64,000 bases of DNA from Burkholderiales bacterium (GCA_038206935.1 JBBRAJ010000014.1:23170-87169); one strand, 5' to 3'; counted from the stretch's first letter, positions 29,544-39,985 are shown. Translations and numbers: made by a program. The notes: generated by a model from the letters alone, not told the origin.

Positions 29544-30938
29544 TTAAGTGTTCTTGTGAAAGTGTATCTGGTTACGACCGGCGCTCTTGGCCTGATACAT
29601 CGCGACATCTGCCCAGTTCAGGATTTCTTCCTGAGAATGTTCGTGGTTCAGGAATAGTGCAACACCGATACTTGAGGTGCAGTGGTGATCAATCTTGGTT
29701 ATCGGCTGTCCTTCTGCCTGATAGTCGAGGTGGTAGGGTATGGCCAACTCGGTGCGAATTTTTTCTGCAACCTTGTGAGCCAGAATAATCGACTCGGCAT
29801 GATTGACATCCAACTCGCATAACATCACCACAAACTCGTCCCCCCCAATACGCGCCACTGTATCCGCTTCGCGCAAACAACTGCCAATACGCCGTGCAGC
29901 TTCAATCAGTAGTAAATCTCCTACCGCATGCCCGAACTGATCATTTAGCGGTTTGAAATTATCCAAGTCGAGAAACATCAGTGCGCCGTACCGTCCGCTA
30001 CGCTTGCTGGTTGCCATAGCCTGAGTGATTCGGTCATTGAGCAGGCGACGATTCGGTAATAGTGTCAGCGTGTCGTAAAAAGCCAGATTACGTAACTGTA
30101 GCGTTGCTTCATCAATGCGCTGTTGCAGTACGGCACGTTCATGCTGTAAATCGGCAGTCATTTGATTGATGCCGGTAGTAAGGGTACACAGTTCGTTGAT
30201 GCATCCTTCCTGGGTGATACGAGTTTCCAGTTTGCCGGAGCCGATGGATTGGATCGCGCTACTCAATTTGCTGATGGGTTCGATAATGCGGCGACTGGCA
30301 AGATGGACCAGATAGAGCGTGATAAGCAGGAATGAAGAGGTTGCCAGTAGTGTGAACCATAATAATTCCGACTTGATTTTGTGCGTCTTCTCCCAGCTCA
30401 TTTCTATGATAACGGCGCCCAAGGGCTGGGCAGATGCCTGTTCTTCGAAATCATCCAGTTTGACCTGTGTAGGCAGTATGGGTTGATACAATAACACCGT
30501 GCTTTCGTTATCATGAATGACCATTTCCGGATTCACGAAGCTGAGTAAGCGATTTGAATGCGGCATTTCCCCCTCTCTGGAGGATGCCTTCACTGTCTTG
30601 ATAGATTCTTGCGCCTGATCCAGTGCGGTCGGTGTTTTGCCTGTGGCTGCCAAGGTTTTATTATCCGCATCCAATATGATGACGGCTCTAACGTCGGGCT
30701 GCTCCAGTGCATTTTCGGCGATACCATTGATGAATGTCAGGTTGTTGGAGAATACGCCGTATTCACTGTCGGCCGCCAGTTGACGTGCGACCAATTGTCC
30801 CTTCATGACCAGATCGTGATCCAGATCGTAAAAGCGTGCATGCAGGAAGAATGAACCCAGACTGATTGCCATCAGCAATAAGGGCAGCATAGTCAGCATG
30901 CTGACGTGCATTCTGATGCTGTAATTATTCAGCTTCAT
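29544..30938 (-). CDS. membrane diguanylate cyclase (periplasmic sensor region, HAMP, GGDEF)
   Basis: TM1, a ~170-aa extracytoplasmic region, TM2, HAMP and a coiled coil, then GGDEF with an intact active site (RIGGDEFVV) and an RxxD I-site exactly 5 aa upstream (READTVARIGGDEF). Confidence 0.9.
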   Translation of the reverse strand: MKLNNYSIRMHVSMLTMLPLLLMAISLGSFFLHARFYDLDHDLVMKGQLVARQLAADSEYGVFSNNLTFINGIAENALEQPDVRAVIILDADNKTLAATGKTPTALDQAQESIKTVKASSREGEMPHSNRLLSFVNPEMVIHDNESTVLLYQPILPTQVKLDDFEEQASAQPLGAVIIEMSWEKTHKIKSELLWFTLLATSSFLLITLYLVHLASRRIIEPISKLSSAIQSIGSGKLETRITQEGCINELCTLTTGINQMTADLQHERAVLQQRIDEATLQLRNLAFYDTLTLLPNRRLLNDRITQAMATSKRSGRYGALMFLDLDNFKPLNDQFGHAVGDLLLIEAARRIGSCLREADTVARIGGDEFVVMLCELDVNHAESIILAHKVAEKIRTELAIPYHLDYQAEGQPITKIDHHCTSSIGVALFLNHEHSQEEILNWADVAMYQAKSAGRNQIHFHKNT

Positions 30939-31879
30939 TGGGTGCCGCCTTGCAACTTTTCCAATTGCGAAAGAATTTCTTCGGCGGATTTGATGCTGGT
31001 ATTCAGCGTTCTGGCTACTTCCGGATTAACGGCAACGGTGAAGTAGGCAGGAAATTGTGGTTCGGGCAGTTTGCGTGTCTGGGCAAATGAAGCGGACATG
31101 GTGCTTGCCTGTTTGCCTATGTGGTCAGGGGTGGAAAATACCGCACACAGAGCACCAGCCCGGACATAGCCATAGGACAGACCGATCAGCGGGATGCTGC
31201 GCCGGTAACTGCTGAGCAGGATGTTGCGGATATTGCTGCTGCTATAGATCATGTTGTCAGGCACGGCAAGTAGTGCGTTGCTACTTGTTAACACCTGTTC
31301 CAGATCAGTGAATAGTGAATTTTGATCATGCAAGGGTTGGTCAACCATTGTAAAACCCTGCGCGGATAATGCGCTGCGCAAGGTTTGGACGGGTAAGCGG
31401 CTGTCGGGAGAATGAAGCACGCCTATTCTGCTGTGTTCAGGCAGTACGGCATGGAGCAGGGCGGCCTGTCTAGCCCAAGGCTGGTCGAGGTATATGGCGG
31501 AGTTCTGGCGGGATTTTGGGCGTTTTGCGACCAATTCCTCATAGGTGTTGCTGGGAATCATTGCCGCCAATACCGGCAGGCTTGTTTTTGCCAATACCAC
31601 TTCTGTCGCATTCACTCCGACGGTTACCACCAGATCGGCCTGCAGATCATCGCCTGAATACAATTCGACTCGCGGTATTAACGTAGTCTTGATGCTTTCG
31701 GGAAGTTCTTTCCTGAAAGTGTGCGCAAAGGCTTGATAGGGAGTACTGGAATTGCTTAATACGACCAGTATATGAAAGTCACTGGCATAAACATTGGATG
31801 TCACTAAACCCGTTAGGCATAACAGGACGGGCAGTATCTTCTGCCAGAAAAAACGGGTGTAGTGACTAATGAAGTTCAT
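30935..31879 (-). CDS. periplasmic ABC_sub_bind (COG2984/PF04392-like) binding protein
   Basis: Signal peptide, type-I PBP-like alternating pattern, C-terminal FTVAVNPEVARTLNTSI typical of this family. Its stop overlaps the cyclase start (ATGA). Confidence 0.7.
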   Translation of the reverse strand: MNFISHYTRFFWQKILPVLLCLTGLVTSNVYASDFHILVVLSNSSTPYQAFAHTFRKELPESIKTTLIPRVELYSGDDLQADLVVTVGVNATEVVLAKTSLPVLAAMIPSNTYEELVAKRPKSRQNSAIYLDQPWARQAALLHAVLPEHSRIGVLHSPDSRLPVQTLRSALSAQGFTMVDQPLHDQNSLFTDLEQVLTSSNALLAVPDNMIYSSSNIRNILLSSYRRSIPLIGLSYGYVRAGALCAVFSTPDHIGKQASTMSASFAQTRKLPEPQFPAYFTVAVNPEVARTLNTSIKSAEEILSQLEKLQGGTQ

Positions 31880-31880
31880 A

Positions 31881-33971
31881 TCACCAGTTCAAGGACAGCG
31901 TGGCAAAGCTGCGTCGATTGTAGACATTTTGAGCAACATATTCGGTAGATTTCTTGTTCAGTAAGTTTTGTACCACTAACGCCATTTCGCCATTTATCCC
32001 ACCTCCGAAATTCAAACCCTTGGCGATGCGCACATCCATACGGCGTTGTATCGGCTGATAATCAAGAGAGCCTCGGTCATAGGGTTGCAGTGAATCCTGA
32101 TAATAAAACGCGCTGCTGAATGAAATGTCATGTGACAGGCGTTGTGTATACAGCAGGCTGGCATTGTTTCTGGGTATACTGCCGCTTAATACATCGGCGA
32201 TCCAAGGACTGGCAGGCGTTGTCGTGGTCAATCCCGCCTTTTTGAGGGCGGCAATATCGCAATTAGCCAGTTCGTGCGTAAGGTTCAGGGTTAGTTCACT
32301 TTTTTCATTGAATTCGTGTTTGAGGGTAGCTTCCATTCCCTGATAGTAGGCTGACATACCGTTAATCAGGGGTTGGATGGTTGATGCATAAATACCATTG
32401 CTGACTTGATCACTGAATAGTCGTAGGTCAACCGAGGTAGATAGATCGGGGAATTCACCCAGATAACCGATTTCGCGGGAGAGTAGTCTTTCCGGCGTTA
32501 GTCCAGGTGAAGATACAATTGAACCGGGTACGAATAAGGCACCAATCTGCAATGGATACAGTCTGGTTTCTCCAATAGCAGGGGTGCGGTAGGCAACCGA
32601 AACCCCGGTGCGCAGGGTATGTTGCGGTGTCAGATGGAAGTTGAGTGCTACGCGGGGTGACGTATTTTTGTTGCCGAAACTATCTCTCTCCCACATTCCG
32701 CCAGCGTTAAGCAATAAATTCGGTGTGATGCGCCACTCGTCGTGGGCAAATAGTCGATATTCATCGGTTGAGGATGAATACGAATAGGAGGTAGGCATAC
32801 GAATCAGCGCAAATGCCTGTGCGTAGCCTCGGGCATTTATTTTATCCTGACGCCAGGCTGCGCCGTAAACCAGACGATTCGTAACGGAAAACGGTACAGT
32901 GTGCTGCAGTTCGATTTCATCCCTGCCAGATTTAACGGATTGAGTTGCGGGTCCCGGTAAATACATTCCGCCTAGATAAATTGGAAAGGCCTCATGCTGG
33001 TCCTGACGGATATGGTAGTAACGTAGGCTGAGTTCGGCATTGTCTTCCAGTATACGTATCCATTCAAACTGCATGAATCCTGAATTGGTAAACTGGTCAT
33101 GCGGCGGATTAGCGTTAGTGTTTCTAGGTTGAGCCGGATTCGGATTCTTGTCACTCCATCCTACTGTTTGTATGTCGTGATTAAATCCCCCTTGTATATC
33201 GAATCGATCAACGCTATTAGGGTGATAGTCGGCACGAAAATTTGCCAGTTGCATCCGGTTATTGTCATTGCTGTTGTTGAGTAGATCTACGGCCTTGCGT
33301 TGGGTGATGGGCATGCCATTGGGTGGCGTGGTGAGATTGTCGAAGCCGTTATCCGCGCTATAGGTCAACGTCATCCGGTAATCGAGCTTGTCGCCGCGCC
33401 GACCGAAATGCGCGGTAGTATCGTTGATACCCTTTTCACCGCGCGTAAACGAAATGCTTTTTCCTGCCGTCATACCGGCATCGCGAGTCTTGATGCTGAT
33501 AACACCCTGGGTTGAATTGGCACCATGCGAGGCGGCAGCCGGGCCGCGTATTACTTCGATGCGTTCGATGTCGCTTACTGTAATAGGCAACGAGGCCCAG
33601 TCCACGGTGCTGGCCGGTGGCATATAGATGCTGCGACCATCCACCATTACCTGCATGCGTCTGGCATATTGATCCGTCGAGCCGTGATAGGCGATAAATG
33701 GTTGACTACCCTTGTAATAACTGACATACATGCCAGGAACCAGTCTGAACAGCTCAGCGATGGTACGAGCCCCGGAAGCCACGATCATCTTGCGGTCGAT
33801 GACCGTCATTGCATTCGGTGCTTCGGACAATGGCTGGCTTAATCGCGAGGCACTCAGCACCACAGGAAACTCCTGAAAGTAGTCCATTTCATTCGCATAG
33901 TCAGCCGCATAGGCTGAATTAAAGACTATGCAGAAGAATACGCTTGCTTTGACGGAATGATATTTGTTCAT
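31881..33971 (-). CDS. TonB-dependent receptor
   Basis: Signal peptide, plug domain (IERIEVIRGPAAASHGANSTQGVISI), beta-barrel with C-terminal ...ATLSLNW. Its stop is 1 nt from the binding-protein start. Confidence 0.9.
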   Translation of the reverse strand: MNKYHSVKASVFFCIVFNSAYAADYANEMDYFQEFPVVLSASRLSQPLSEAPNAMTVIDRKMIVASGARTIAELFRLVPGMYVSYYKGSQPFIAYHGSTDQYARRMQVMVDGRSIYMPPASTVDWASLPITVSDIERIEVIRGPAAASHGANSTQGVISIKTRDAGMTAGKSISFTRGEKGINDTTAHFGRRGDKLDYRMTLTYSADNGFDNLTTPPNGMPITQRKAVDLLNNSNDNNRMQLANFRADYHPNSVDRFDIQGGFNHDIQTVGWSDKNPNPAQPRNTNANPPHDQFTNSGFMQFEWIRILEDNAELSLRYYHIRQDQHEAFPIYLGGMYLPGPATQSVKSGRDEIELQHTVPFSVTNRLVYGAAWRQDKINARGYAQAFALIRMPTSYSYSSSTDEYRLFAHDEWRITPNLLLNAGGMWERDSFGNKNTSPRVALNFHLTPQHTLRTGVSVAYRTPAIGETRLYPLQIGALFVPGSIVSSPGLTPERLLSREIGYLGEFPDLSTSVDLRLFSDQVSNGIYASTIQPLINGMSAYYQGMEATLKHEFNEKSELTLNLTHELANCDIAALKKAGLTTTTPASPWIADVLSGSIPRNNASLLYTQRLSHDISFSSAFYYQDSLQPYDRGSLDYQPIQRRMDVRIAKGLNFGGGINGEMALVVQNLLNKKSTEYVAQNVYNRRSFATLSLNW

Positions 33972-34116
33972 CTAATGTGGCTTGGAAGTCTGGTTGGTTA
34001 TCAATTCTGACTCTGACTGTCAATATAACTTATCGCTAATGGCCCAAAGACAGATTGTTTCATATTTGCATTCAACTCATTAGTTTTATCCGGTACAGAA
34101 ATACCGGTCGTGCATG

Positions 34117-36159
34117 TTACCAATTCAGGGTCAGTGTGGCATAAGCGCGTCGGTTGTTGAGGCTGTTGGCGACATAGTCGGTATATTCCTGATTGAACAA
34201 ATTCTGTACGACCAGAGAGATATTGCCTTTTACTCCACTCATATCCGAAAATCCTTTGGCTATGCGAACATCGGTGCGGCGCTGAATCGGCTGGAAATCG
34301 ACCGAGCCGCGATCAATCGGCTGCATCGATCCCTGAAAATAATAGCCAGCCGAGAAAGAAACTTCATTCGAGAAATGCTGCGAATAGAGCACGCTGGCGC
34401 TATTAGTCGGTAAGGAGCATGACAACACGTCCTTGTCCCATGTGCAACTGGGACGAGTGGCGCGTGAACCTGCTGCCGCCAGAGCGGGGCCGTTGCTGGA
34501 GCCCAGTTCATGCGCGAAATTGGCTGCCAGTTCTCCGGTTTCGCTTAATTGGTATTTCAGGGTTGCTTCAAGCCCGCGATATTCGGCAGAAAAATCGTTG
34601 ACGAAAGGGTTCACTGCACGCCCATCTCCAATAATTCCCCGGCTTAACAGGTCGCTGAATAACCTCAAGTCCACGCTCGCATTCCAGTCGCGAAATTCGC
34701 CAAGATAGCCGATTTCGCGCGACACCATTTTTTCCGGTAATAGATTCGGGTAAGTCGGAACCGCATTGATCACCCACAACTCGCCGGGTTGAGCCACTCC
34801 ACCATTTGATTCCATCAGTCCCGGGGTGCGATAGGCGACCGATGCGCCGGCGCGGAAGGTATGCTGTGCCGTGACATGGTAATTCAGTGAAACCCGTGGC
34901 GAAAGATTTTTATGGCCCATGCGATCCCGTTCGTACATCGCGCCTACATTCATTAGCAAGGTATTGTTAATACGCCATTCGTCGTGGGCAAAAAGTCGCC
35001 ATTCATCCATGGCTATCGAAGACGCATAAGCAGGCTTTGTAAGAGACACGGTGCTATATTGACCATCGACTTTATCACTCCGGTAAGCCGCACCATAGAC
35101 CAGACGATTCGATGACGGTAACGACAGCGTATGCTGCACTTCGATATCGTCGCGGCTGGTATTTACCGACTGGACTACCAGTGGCGGGCTATTCACGCCA
35201 GGGAAAGTCTCATGCTGGTCGTTACGGATATGGAAATAACGTAGCTTGAATTCGTTGTTACTTTCCAATGCCCGAGTCCAGCCTAGTTGAACAAAACCGG
35301 CATTGGTGATCAGGTTATGTACCAGATTTGTCGGGCTATCTGTCCAACCGACCTGTTTTTTATCATTATTAAAACCCAACTGTATATCGAAGCTATTTCC
35401 GCCGCCGGGATGATAGTCGGCACGATAGTTCATCAAACGAGCCTGATTACTGTCGAAGCTGTTGTTGATCAATCCGTTTGCTGTCGCGACCGGAACCGGA
35501 ATGCTATTAGGGGGGGCGGCCAGATTGTCGAATCCATTATCTGCGCTGTAAGCAAGCGACATGCGGTAATCAAAAAATTCGCCGCGCTTTCCAAATCGAG
35601 CTGATACATCGTTGATGCCTTTGGTGCCGGATGTAAACGAAACGCGCTTACCGTCCAGAGTTCCGGCATCACGGGTTGTAATACTGATTACCCCCTGAGT
35701 TGAATTCGCGCCGTGTGATGCGGCAGCCGGCCCGCGAATTACCTCGATGCGTTCAATGTCGTTCACGGTGATAGGCAGAGATGCCCAATCAATTGTGCTT
35801 TGCGGGGACAGGTAGATGCTGCGCCCGTCTATCATTACCTGCATGCGCCGCGAGTACTGATCCGGTGAGCCATGATAGGCAACAAAGCCCTGATGTCCTT
35901 TGTAGTAGCCGACATACATGCCAGGCACCAGCTTGAAAAGGTCGGTAATATCACGAAAACCGGACGCTTCGATCATCTTGCGGTCGATGACCGTCATCGC
36001 ATTGGGTGCTTCGGATAATGGCTGGCGCAGACGTGATGCGCTCAATACCACGGGAAACTCCTGAAAGAAGTCCATTTCATTCAAATAATCGGCTGCCCGT
36101 GCTGTATTAATATTCAGGCTCAGAAGCAGTGAAATAATAAGGGAGTGATTAAATGTCAT
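34117..36159 (-). CDS. TonB-dependent receptor (paralogue of 31881..33971)
   Basis: The plug region is nearly identical over roughly 150 aa to the downstream receptor. C-terminal ...ATLTLNW. Confidence 0.9.
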   Translation of the reverse strand: MTFNHSLIISLLLSLNINTARAADYLNEMDFFQEFPVVLSASRLRQPLSEAPNAMTVIDRKMIEASGFRDITDLFKLVPGMYVGYYKGHQGFVAYHGSPDQYSRRMQVMIDGRSIYLSPQSTIDWASLPITVNDIERIEVIRGPAAASHGANSTQGVISITTRDAGTLDGKRVSFTSGTKGINDVSARFGKRGEFFDYRMSLAYSADNGFDNLAAPPNSIPVPVATANGLINNSFDSNQARLMNYRADYHPGGGNSFDIQLGFNNDKKQVGWTDSPTNLVHNLITNAGFVQLGWTRALESNNEFKLRYFHIRNDQHETFPGVNSPPLVVQSVNTSRDDIEVQHTLSLPSSNRLVYGAAYRSDKVDGQYSTVSLTKPAYASSIAMDEWRLFAHDEWRINNTLLMNVGAMYERDRMGHKNLSPRVSLNYHVTAQHTFRAGASVAYRTPGLMESNGGVAQPGELWVINAVPTYPNLLPEKMVSREIGYLGEFRDWNASVDLRLFSDLLSRGIIGDGRAVNPFVNDFSAEYRGLEATLKYQLSETGELAANFAHELGSSNGPALAAAGSRATRPSCTWDKDVLSCSLPTNSASVLYSQHFSNEVSFSAGYYFQGSMQPIDRGSVDFQPIQRRTDVRIAKGFSDMSGVKGNISLVVQNLFNQEYTDYVANSLNNRRAYATLTLNW

Positions 36160-36552
36160 CGGATTTTCTTATACGTTTTTATGCAGAACCTGTGATTATG
36201 AACGTGCGCATTGCGCGGTGAAAATTCCGTAAAAAGTGAAATCAATCCCCAAAAAAGATGGAAAGTTCAGTAATTGTCAGGGTTTGAGTTTATAAACTAT
36301 GCGCGGGGTTGAGTCCAGCATTTTTACGCTATTTCAATTGCATAGCCGAATCTTGATGTTGATCTGTCAGGGTAGATATTTATACGGGGACGGATTTATT
36401 GTAAAGCCGCGTCTGGGATGCCATGTTGAAAGGACGAATGCCTCACCCCTTAAACGTACTCATTCGTTAAATTTCGCCCCAAGGTTGCTTTGGGCACTAT
36501 AATCAGAAATTATTTTTCTGAGCGGAACAAAATTCCGCCACGCAGTATATCC

Positions 36553-39500
36553 ATGTTACTTGCCACTACCTATACATTGACTGATGTAACGCATTGGTAC
36601 TCCATGCCCGAGCTGCACAAGGCCAAGGCTTACCTGAATTCGATTTCGCAACTGTCTGTAAAGCCGGGAAAAATCGTTGCACAGGTCAAGGGAACCGCTC
36701 CGCGCCCCTATGCCGTGGAAATATTTTTTGAAGAAAATATGGCTGGTTTGCCGGGTATCAGGCCGATGTGCAGTTGTCCGGTTGGATATAAATGCAAGCA
36801 TACCGCCGCTGTGTTGTTGTCGGCGTTGTCATTGCCGCGTGTGCCGACAGTTAATCCGGCGTTGCTGGAATGGGTGGAGGCATTTCGCAAGATACAGGCG
36901 ACACCCGTCAGGAAGAAGGCTAAACCGACCGCACGTCCTGAGCGTTTGTGTTATGCGCTGACCCGCTCCTTTAATTCGGATAGTTATATCGTTGGTATTT
37001 ACAAGGGAAAGTTTACTGCTGATGGGCAGTTGACGGGCAGGATGGAGGAGTGGAGTAATGTTGAACGGGCGCTGATTAAGCCGCCTCAGTTTGTCTTGGA
37101 GGAGGATTTGCCTGTTTTGCGTATGCTTTGGACATTACGTGAAAAGTTTGACGGAAATCTCGTCAAGAGCAAACAGGGAAATGATATTTTGATCAGCCTG
37201 TTGGAGACGGGACGATTATTTTGTATGGAACGCGTTGCGGGTAACCGTTATGTGTTGTCGGAGCCGATACTTCTCAAACAGGGCGGGGTGCGGGAGGCCA
37301 GACTGGATTGGGGGGCGGATGAATCGGGCCGGATGGTGCCCCGGATTATTCGCAGCGGCATGACGATGGATGTCTTGCCCTTGCCTGAAGCGACCTGGTA
37401 TCTGGATGCAAAAACGGGTGAAATGGGCTTGCTGAAGATGCCGCAAAGTCCCGCGCAAATAGCCCAGTTATTGAATATGCCGCCGCTGCGGGAGGTGGAC
37501 ATACCCGTGGTTTCCGAGGTGTTGCGTGAAATGGTGCCTGATTTGCCGGCCCCCAGTAAGACTCGTTTGCGCACTTTGGAAGAACCGCTGCAACCCATGT
37601 TGCTGCTGGAAACCTCTGGGCTGGCTTTCATGGGCAGATTTCGCGGTTACAGTTACGGGACGCAGATGCGCGACTGGGCGTTCGTGCAATTTTGCTACGG
37701 CGATGCGGTATTGCCGGTGGATCATGTCGGTGAATTTGTCACACTGAAAAATGGTGAAACCGTACGTGTGAAGCGTGATACCAAGCTGGAGCAACGCTAC
37801 GTCAGTTCCTTGCGGAATTTCGGTCTTGAGGAAATGTCGCTTTTCGGCATGTCGGGTCAAATACCGGATCAGCCTGTCTATGCGCTGGAAAGTGAAAAGG
37901 CCTGGCCCGCTTTCATGCAGCAAACGGTGCCACAGATGGAAGCGGCTGGCTGGAAAGTTATTATTCCGCAGGGCTTCCGACATCATATTCTCGAGGTGGA
38001 AGCCTGGGTCGGTGAGTTCGAGGAAGAGCAGGACGGCTGGTTCAGCCTGAATATGGGCATTGTGGTTAATGGGCAACGATTGGCATTGGCTCCGTTGTTA
38101 CATGAATTATTCAAGGCAGACATACGCTGGCTGGATCCGATTCTGCTGGAAGGCATGAAGGACAATGAGGCGATTGAGTTACCGTTGCCGGATGGCGGGC
38201 GTGTCAAGGTGCCCGCTGGTCGCATCAAGCCGTTGGCGCGCACACTGATTGAATTGTTCGATGTCAAGATGAGCGGCGGGAAAATCCGCATGTCTCGTTA
38301 CGACCTGGAACGTATTGATGCGCTGGCCGATATGGAGCGCTGGCAGTTCAAGGGCATGGACGCTCTGGTTAGTCTGGCCAGAAAACTGAAGGATACTGCT
38401 GGTATTCAGCCTGTTGAACCCCCGCAAGGATTTGCGTTGCAACTGCGTCATTATCAATTGGATGGTTTGGCCTGGCTGCAATTTCTGCGCGAGCAGCAGT
38501 TGGCAGGTATATTGGCCGATGATATGGGCCTGGGTAAAACTGCTCAGACGCTGGCGCATCTGCTGATCGAAAAAAATTCCGGGCGCATGGACAGGCCTTC
38601 ATTGGTGGTATTGCCTACCTCCTTGATATTTAACTGGAAGCGCGAGGCGCAACGGTTTGCGCCGCAGCTTAAATTGCTGTCTTTGCATGGCAAGGAAAGA
38701 GCCGAGCACTTTCCGCTGATCGCTGAACACGATGTGGTGTTGACTACCTATCCGTTGTTGTGGCGCGATGAGGCGGCACTTCAGGAACATAATTATCATC
38801 TGTTGATATTGGATGAGGCGCAGACGGTGAAGAATGTCTCCAGTCAGGCCGCACAGGTAGTGCGCAAGCTCAATGCCCGTCACCGCCTGTGTTTGACAGG
38901 CACGCCGCTGGAAAATCATCTGGGTGAGCTATGGGCACAGTTCGATTTTCTGTTGCCGGGCTTGTTGGGAGATTCCCGCAGTTTTACCAAAATCTGGCGT
39001 ACACCGATCGAGAAACATGGCAATCAGCAGCGCCGAAAATTGCTGGCCCAGCGGGTACGGCCGTTCATCATGCGCCGTCGCAAGGAAGATGTCGCGACCG
39101 AGTTGCCGCCCAAGACATTGATCGTACGCTCTGTCGAGTTGACCGGTTCGCAGCGCGACCTGTATGAAACGGTGCGCATCGCGATGGATCAGCGCGTGCG
39201 GGATGAAATTGCTGAGAAAGGCTTTGCGCGCAGTCACATCATTATTCTCGATGCCTTGCTTAAATTGCGTCAGGTGTGTTGCGATCCGCGACTGTTGAAA
39301 TTGACAGCCGCAAAGCGGGTCAAGGAACGTGCCAAGCTGGATATGTTGATGGAGATGTTGCCGGAACTGGTGGGCGAAGACCGACGCATTCTGGTATTTT
39401 CGCAATTCACCTCCATGCTGGAATTGATTGAGGAAGAATTGGTTCGCGAGAAATTAACCTATGTGAAACTGACGGGGGATACACAAAACCGAGAAGAAGT

Positions 39501-39855
39501 GGTGCGCCGCTTTCAGGATGGTGAAGTGCCGATATTCCTGATTAGCCTAAAGGCCGGTGGCGTCGGTCTGAACCTGACTACGGCAGACACCGTGATTCAT
39601 TACGATCCGTGGTGGAACCCTGCCGTGGAAAATCAGGCTACGGATCGGGCGCATCGCCTGGGTCAGACCAAAAATGTTTTCGTCTACAAACTGGTCGTGG
39701 CGGGCAGTATCGAGGAAAAAATCCTTGCGTTACAGGAGAGAAAGGCTGAGTTGGCTGCTGGCATCCTGTCTGAAGACAGTGCAGGGCTCACCAAGTTTGG
39801 CGAGGATGACATTGCGGCGTTGTTGGCTCCGCTTCCGCCTGATGAGGATGAGTAA
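36553..39855 (+). CDS. SNF2-family DEAD/H helicase with N-terminal SWIM zinc finger
   Basis: SWIM motif CSCPVGYKCKHTAAV. SNF2 motifs (LADDMGLGKT, DEAQTVKN, LTGTPLEN) and helicase C motifs (LISLKAGGVGLNLT, DPWWNP, QATDRAHRLGQ). I chose the ATG at 36553. Confidence 0.9.
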   Translation: MLLATTYTLTDVTHWYSMPELHKAKAYLNSISQLSVKPGKIVAQVKGTAPRPYAVEIFFEENMAGLPGIRPMCSCPVGYKCKHTAAVLLSALSLPRVPTVNPALLEWVEAFRKIQATPVRKKAKPTARPERLCYALTRSFNSDSYIVGIYKGKFTADGQLTGRMEEWSNVERALIKPPQFVLEEDLPVLRMLWTLREKFDGNLVKSKQGNDILISLLETGRLFCMERVAGNRYVLSEPILLKQGGVREARLDWGADESGRMVPRIIRSGMTMDVLPLPEATWYLDAKTGEMGLLKMPQSPAQIAQLLNMPPLREVDIPVVSEVLREMVPDLPAPSKTRLRTLEEPLQPMLLLETSGLAFMGRFRGYSYGTQMRDWAFVQFCYGDAVLPVDHVGEFVTLKNGETVRVKRDTKLEQRYVSSLRNFGLEEMSLFGMSGQIPDQPVYALESEKAWPAFMQQTVPQMEAAGWKVIIPQGFRHHILEVEAWVGEFEEEQDGWFSLNMGIVVNGQRLALAPLLHELFKADIRWLDPILLEGMKDNEAIELPLPDGGRVKVPAGRIKPLARTLIELFDVKMSGGKIRMSRYDLERIDALADMERWQFKGMDALVSLARKLKDTAGIQPVEPPQGFALQLRHYQLDGLAWLQFLREQQLAGILADDMGLGKTAQTLAHLLIEKNSGRMDRPSLVVLPTSLIFNWKREAQRFAPQLKLLSLHGKERAEHFPLIAEHDVVLTTYPLLWRDEAALQEHNYHLLILDEAQTVKNVSSQAAQVVRKLNARHRLCLTGTPLENHLGELWAQFDFLLPGLLGDSRSFTKIWRTPIEKHGNQQRRKLLAQRVRPFIMRRRKEDVATELPPKTLIVRSVELTGSQRDLYETVRIAMDQRVRDEIAEKGFARSHIIILDALLKLRQVCCDPRLLKLTAAKRVKERAKLDMLMEMLPELVGEDRRILVFSQFTSMLELIEEELVREKLTYVKLTGDTQNREEVVRRFQDGEVPIFLISLKAGGVGLNLTTADTVIHYDPWWNPAVENQATDRAHRLGQTKNVFVYKLVVAGSIEEKILALQERKAELAAGILSEDSAGLTKFGEDDIAALLAPLPPDEDE

Positions 39856-39956
39856 TAATTGGGATGTAGAATCATCCCGTATCGTGCCGCTTGTGTTGGG
39901 TATAGCGACTATCACGGAGAAATGATTCCCATTGAATGACACGCCGGATTGCATGG

Positions 39957-39985
39957 AAAAAGGGCCTCGATGAGAGGCCCCGTGT
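39957..39985. terminator. bidirectional intrinsic terminator between convergent SNF2 and DHH genes
   Basis: GGGCCTC-GATGA-GAGGCCC hairpin flanked by AAAAA (5') and CGTGTTT (3'). Confidence 0.7.

Noticed and set aside
34090-34107. CCGGTA-cagaaa-TACCGG hairpin between the two TonB-dependent receptor genes, considered as a terminator.
   Set aside because: No U-tract follows it on the transcribed (minus) strand, so I cannot support a terminator call. The two receptors may or may not be co-transcribed.
36490-36552. Track start (TTG) of the SNF2 ORF, and similar non-ATG extensions for pyrD (11725), ribBA (25026), thiL (27342), glmS (50649), the GT4 gene (56157) and the wbpM-like gene (46495).
   Set aside because: In each case an in-frame ATG slightly downstream reproduces the conserved family N-terminus (for example MCGIV for GlmS and MYSLL for PyrD), often with a better Shine-Dalgarno sequence.
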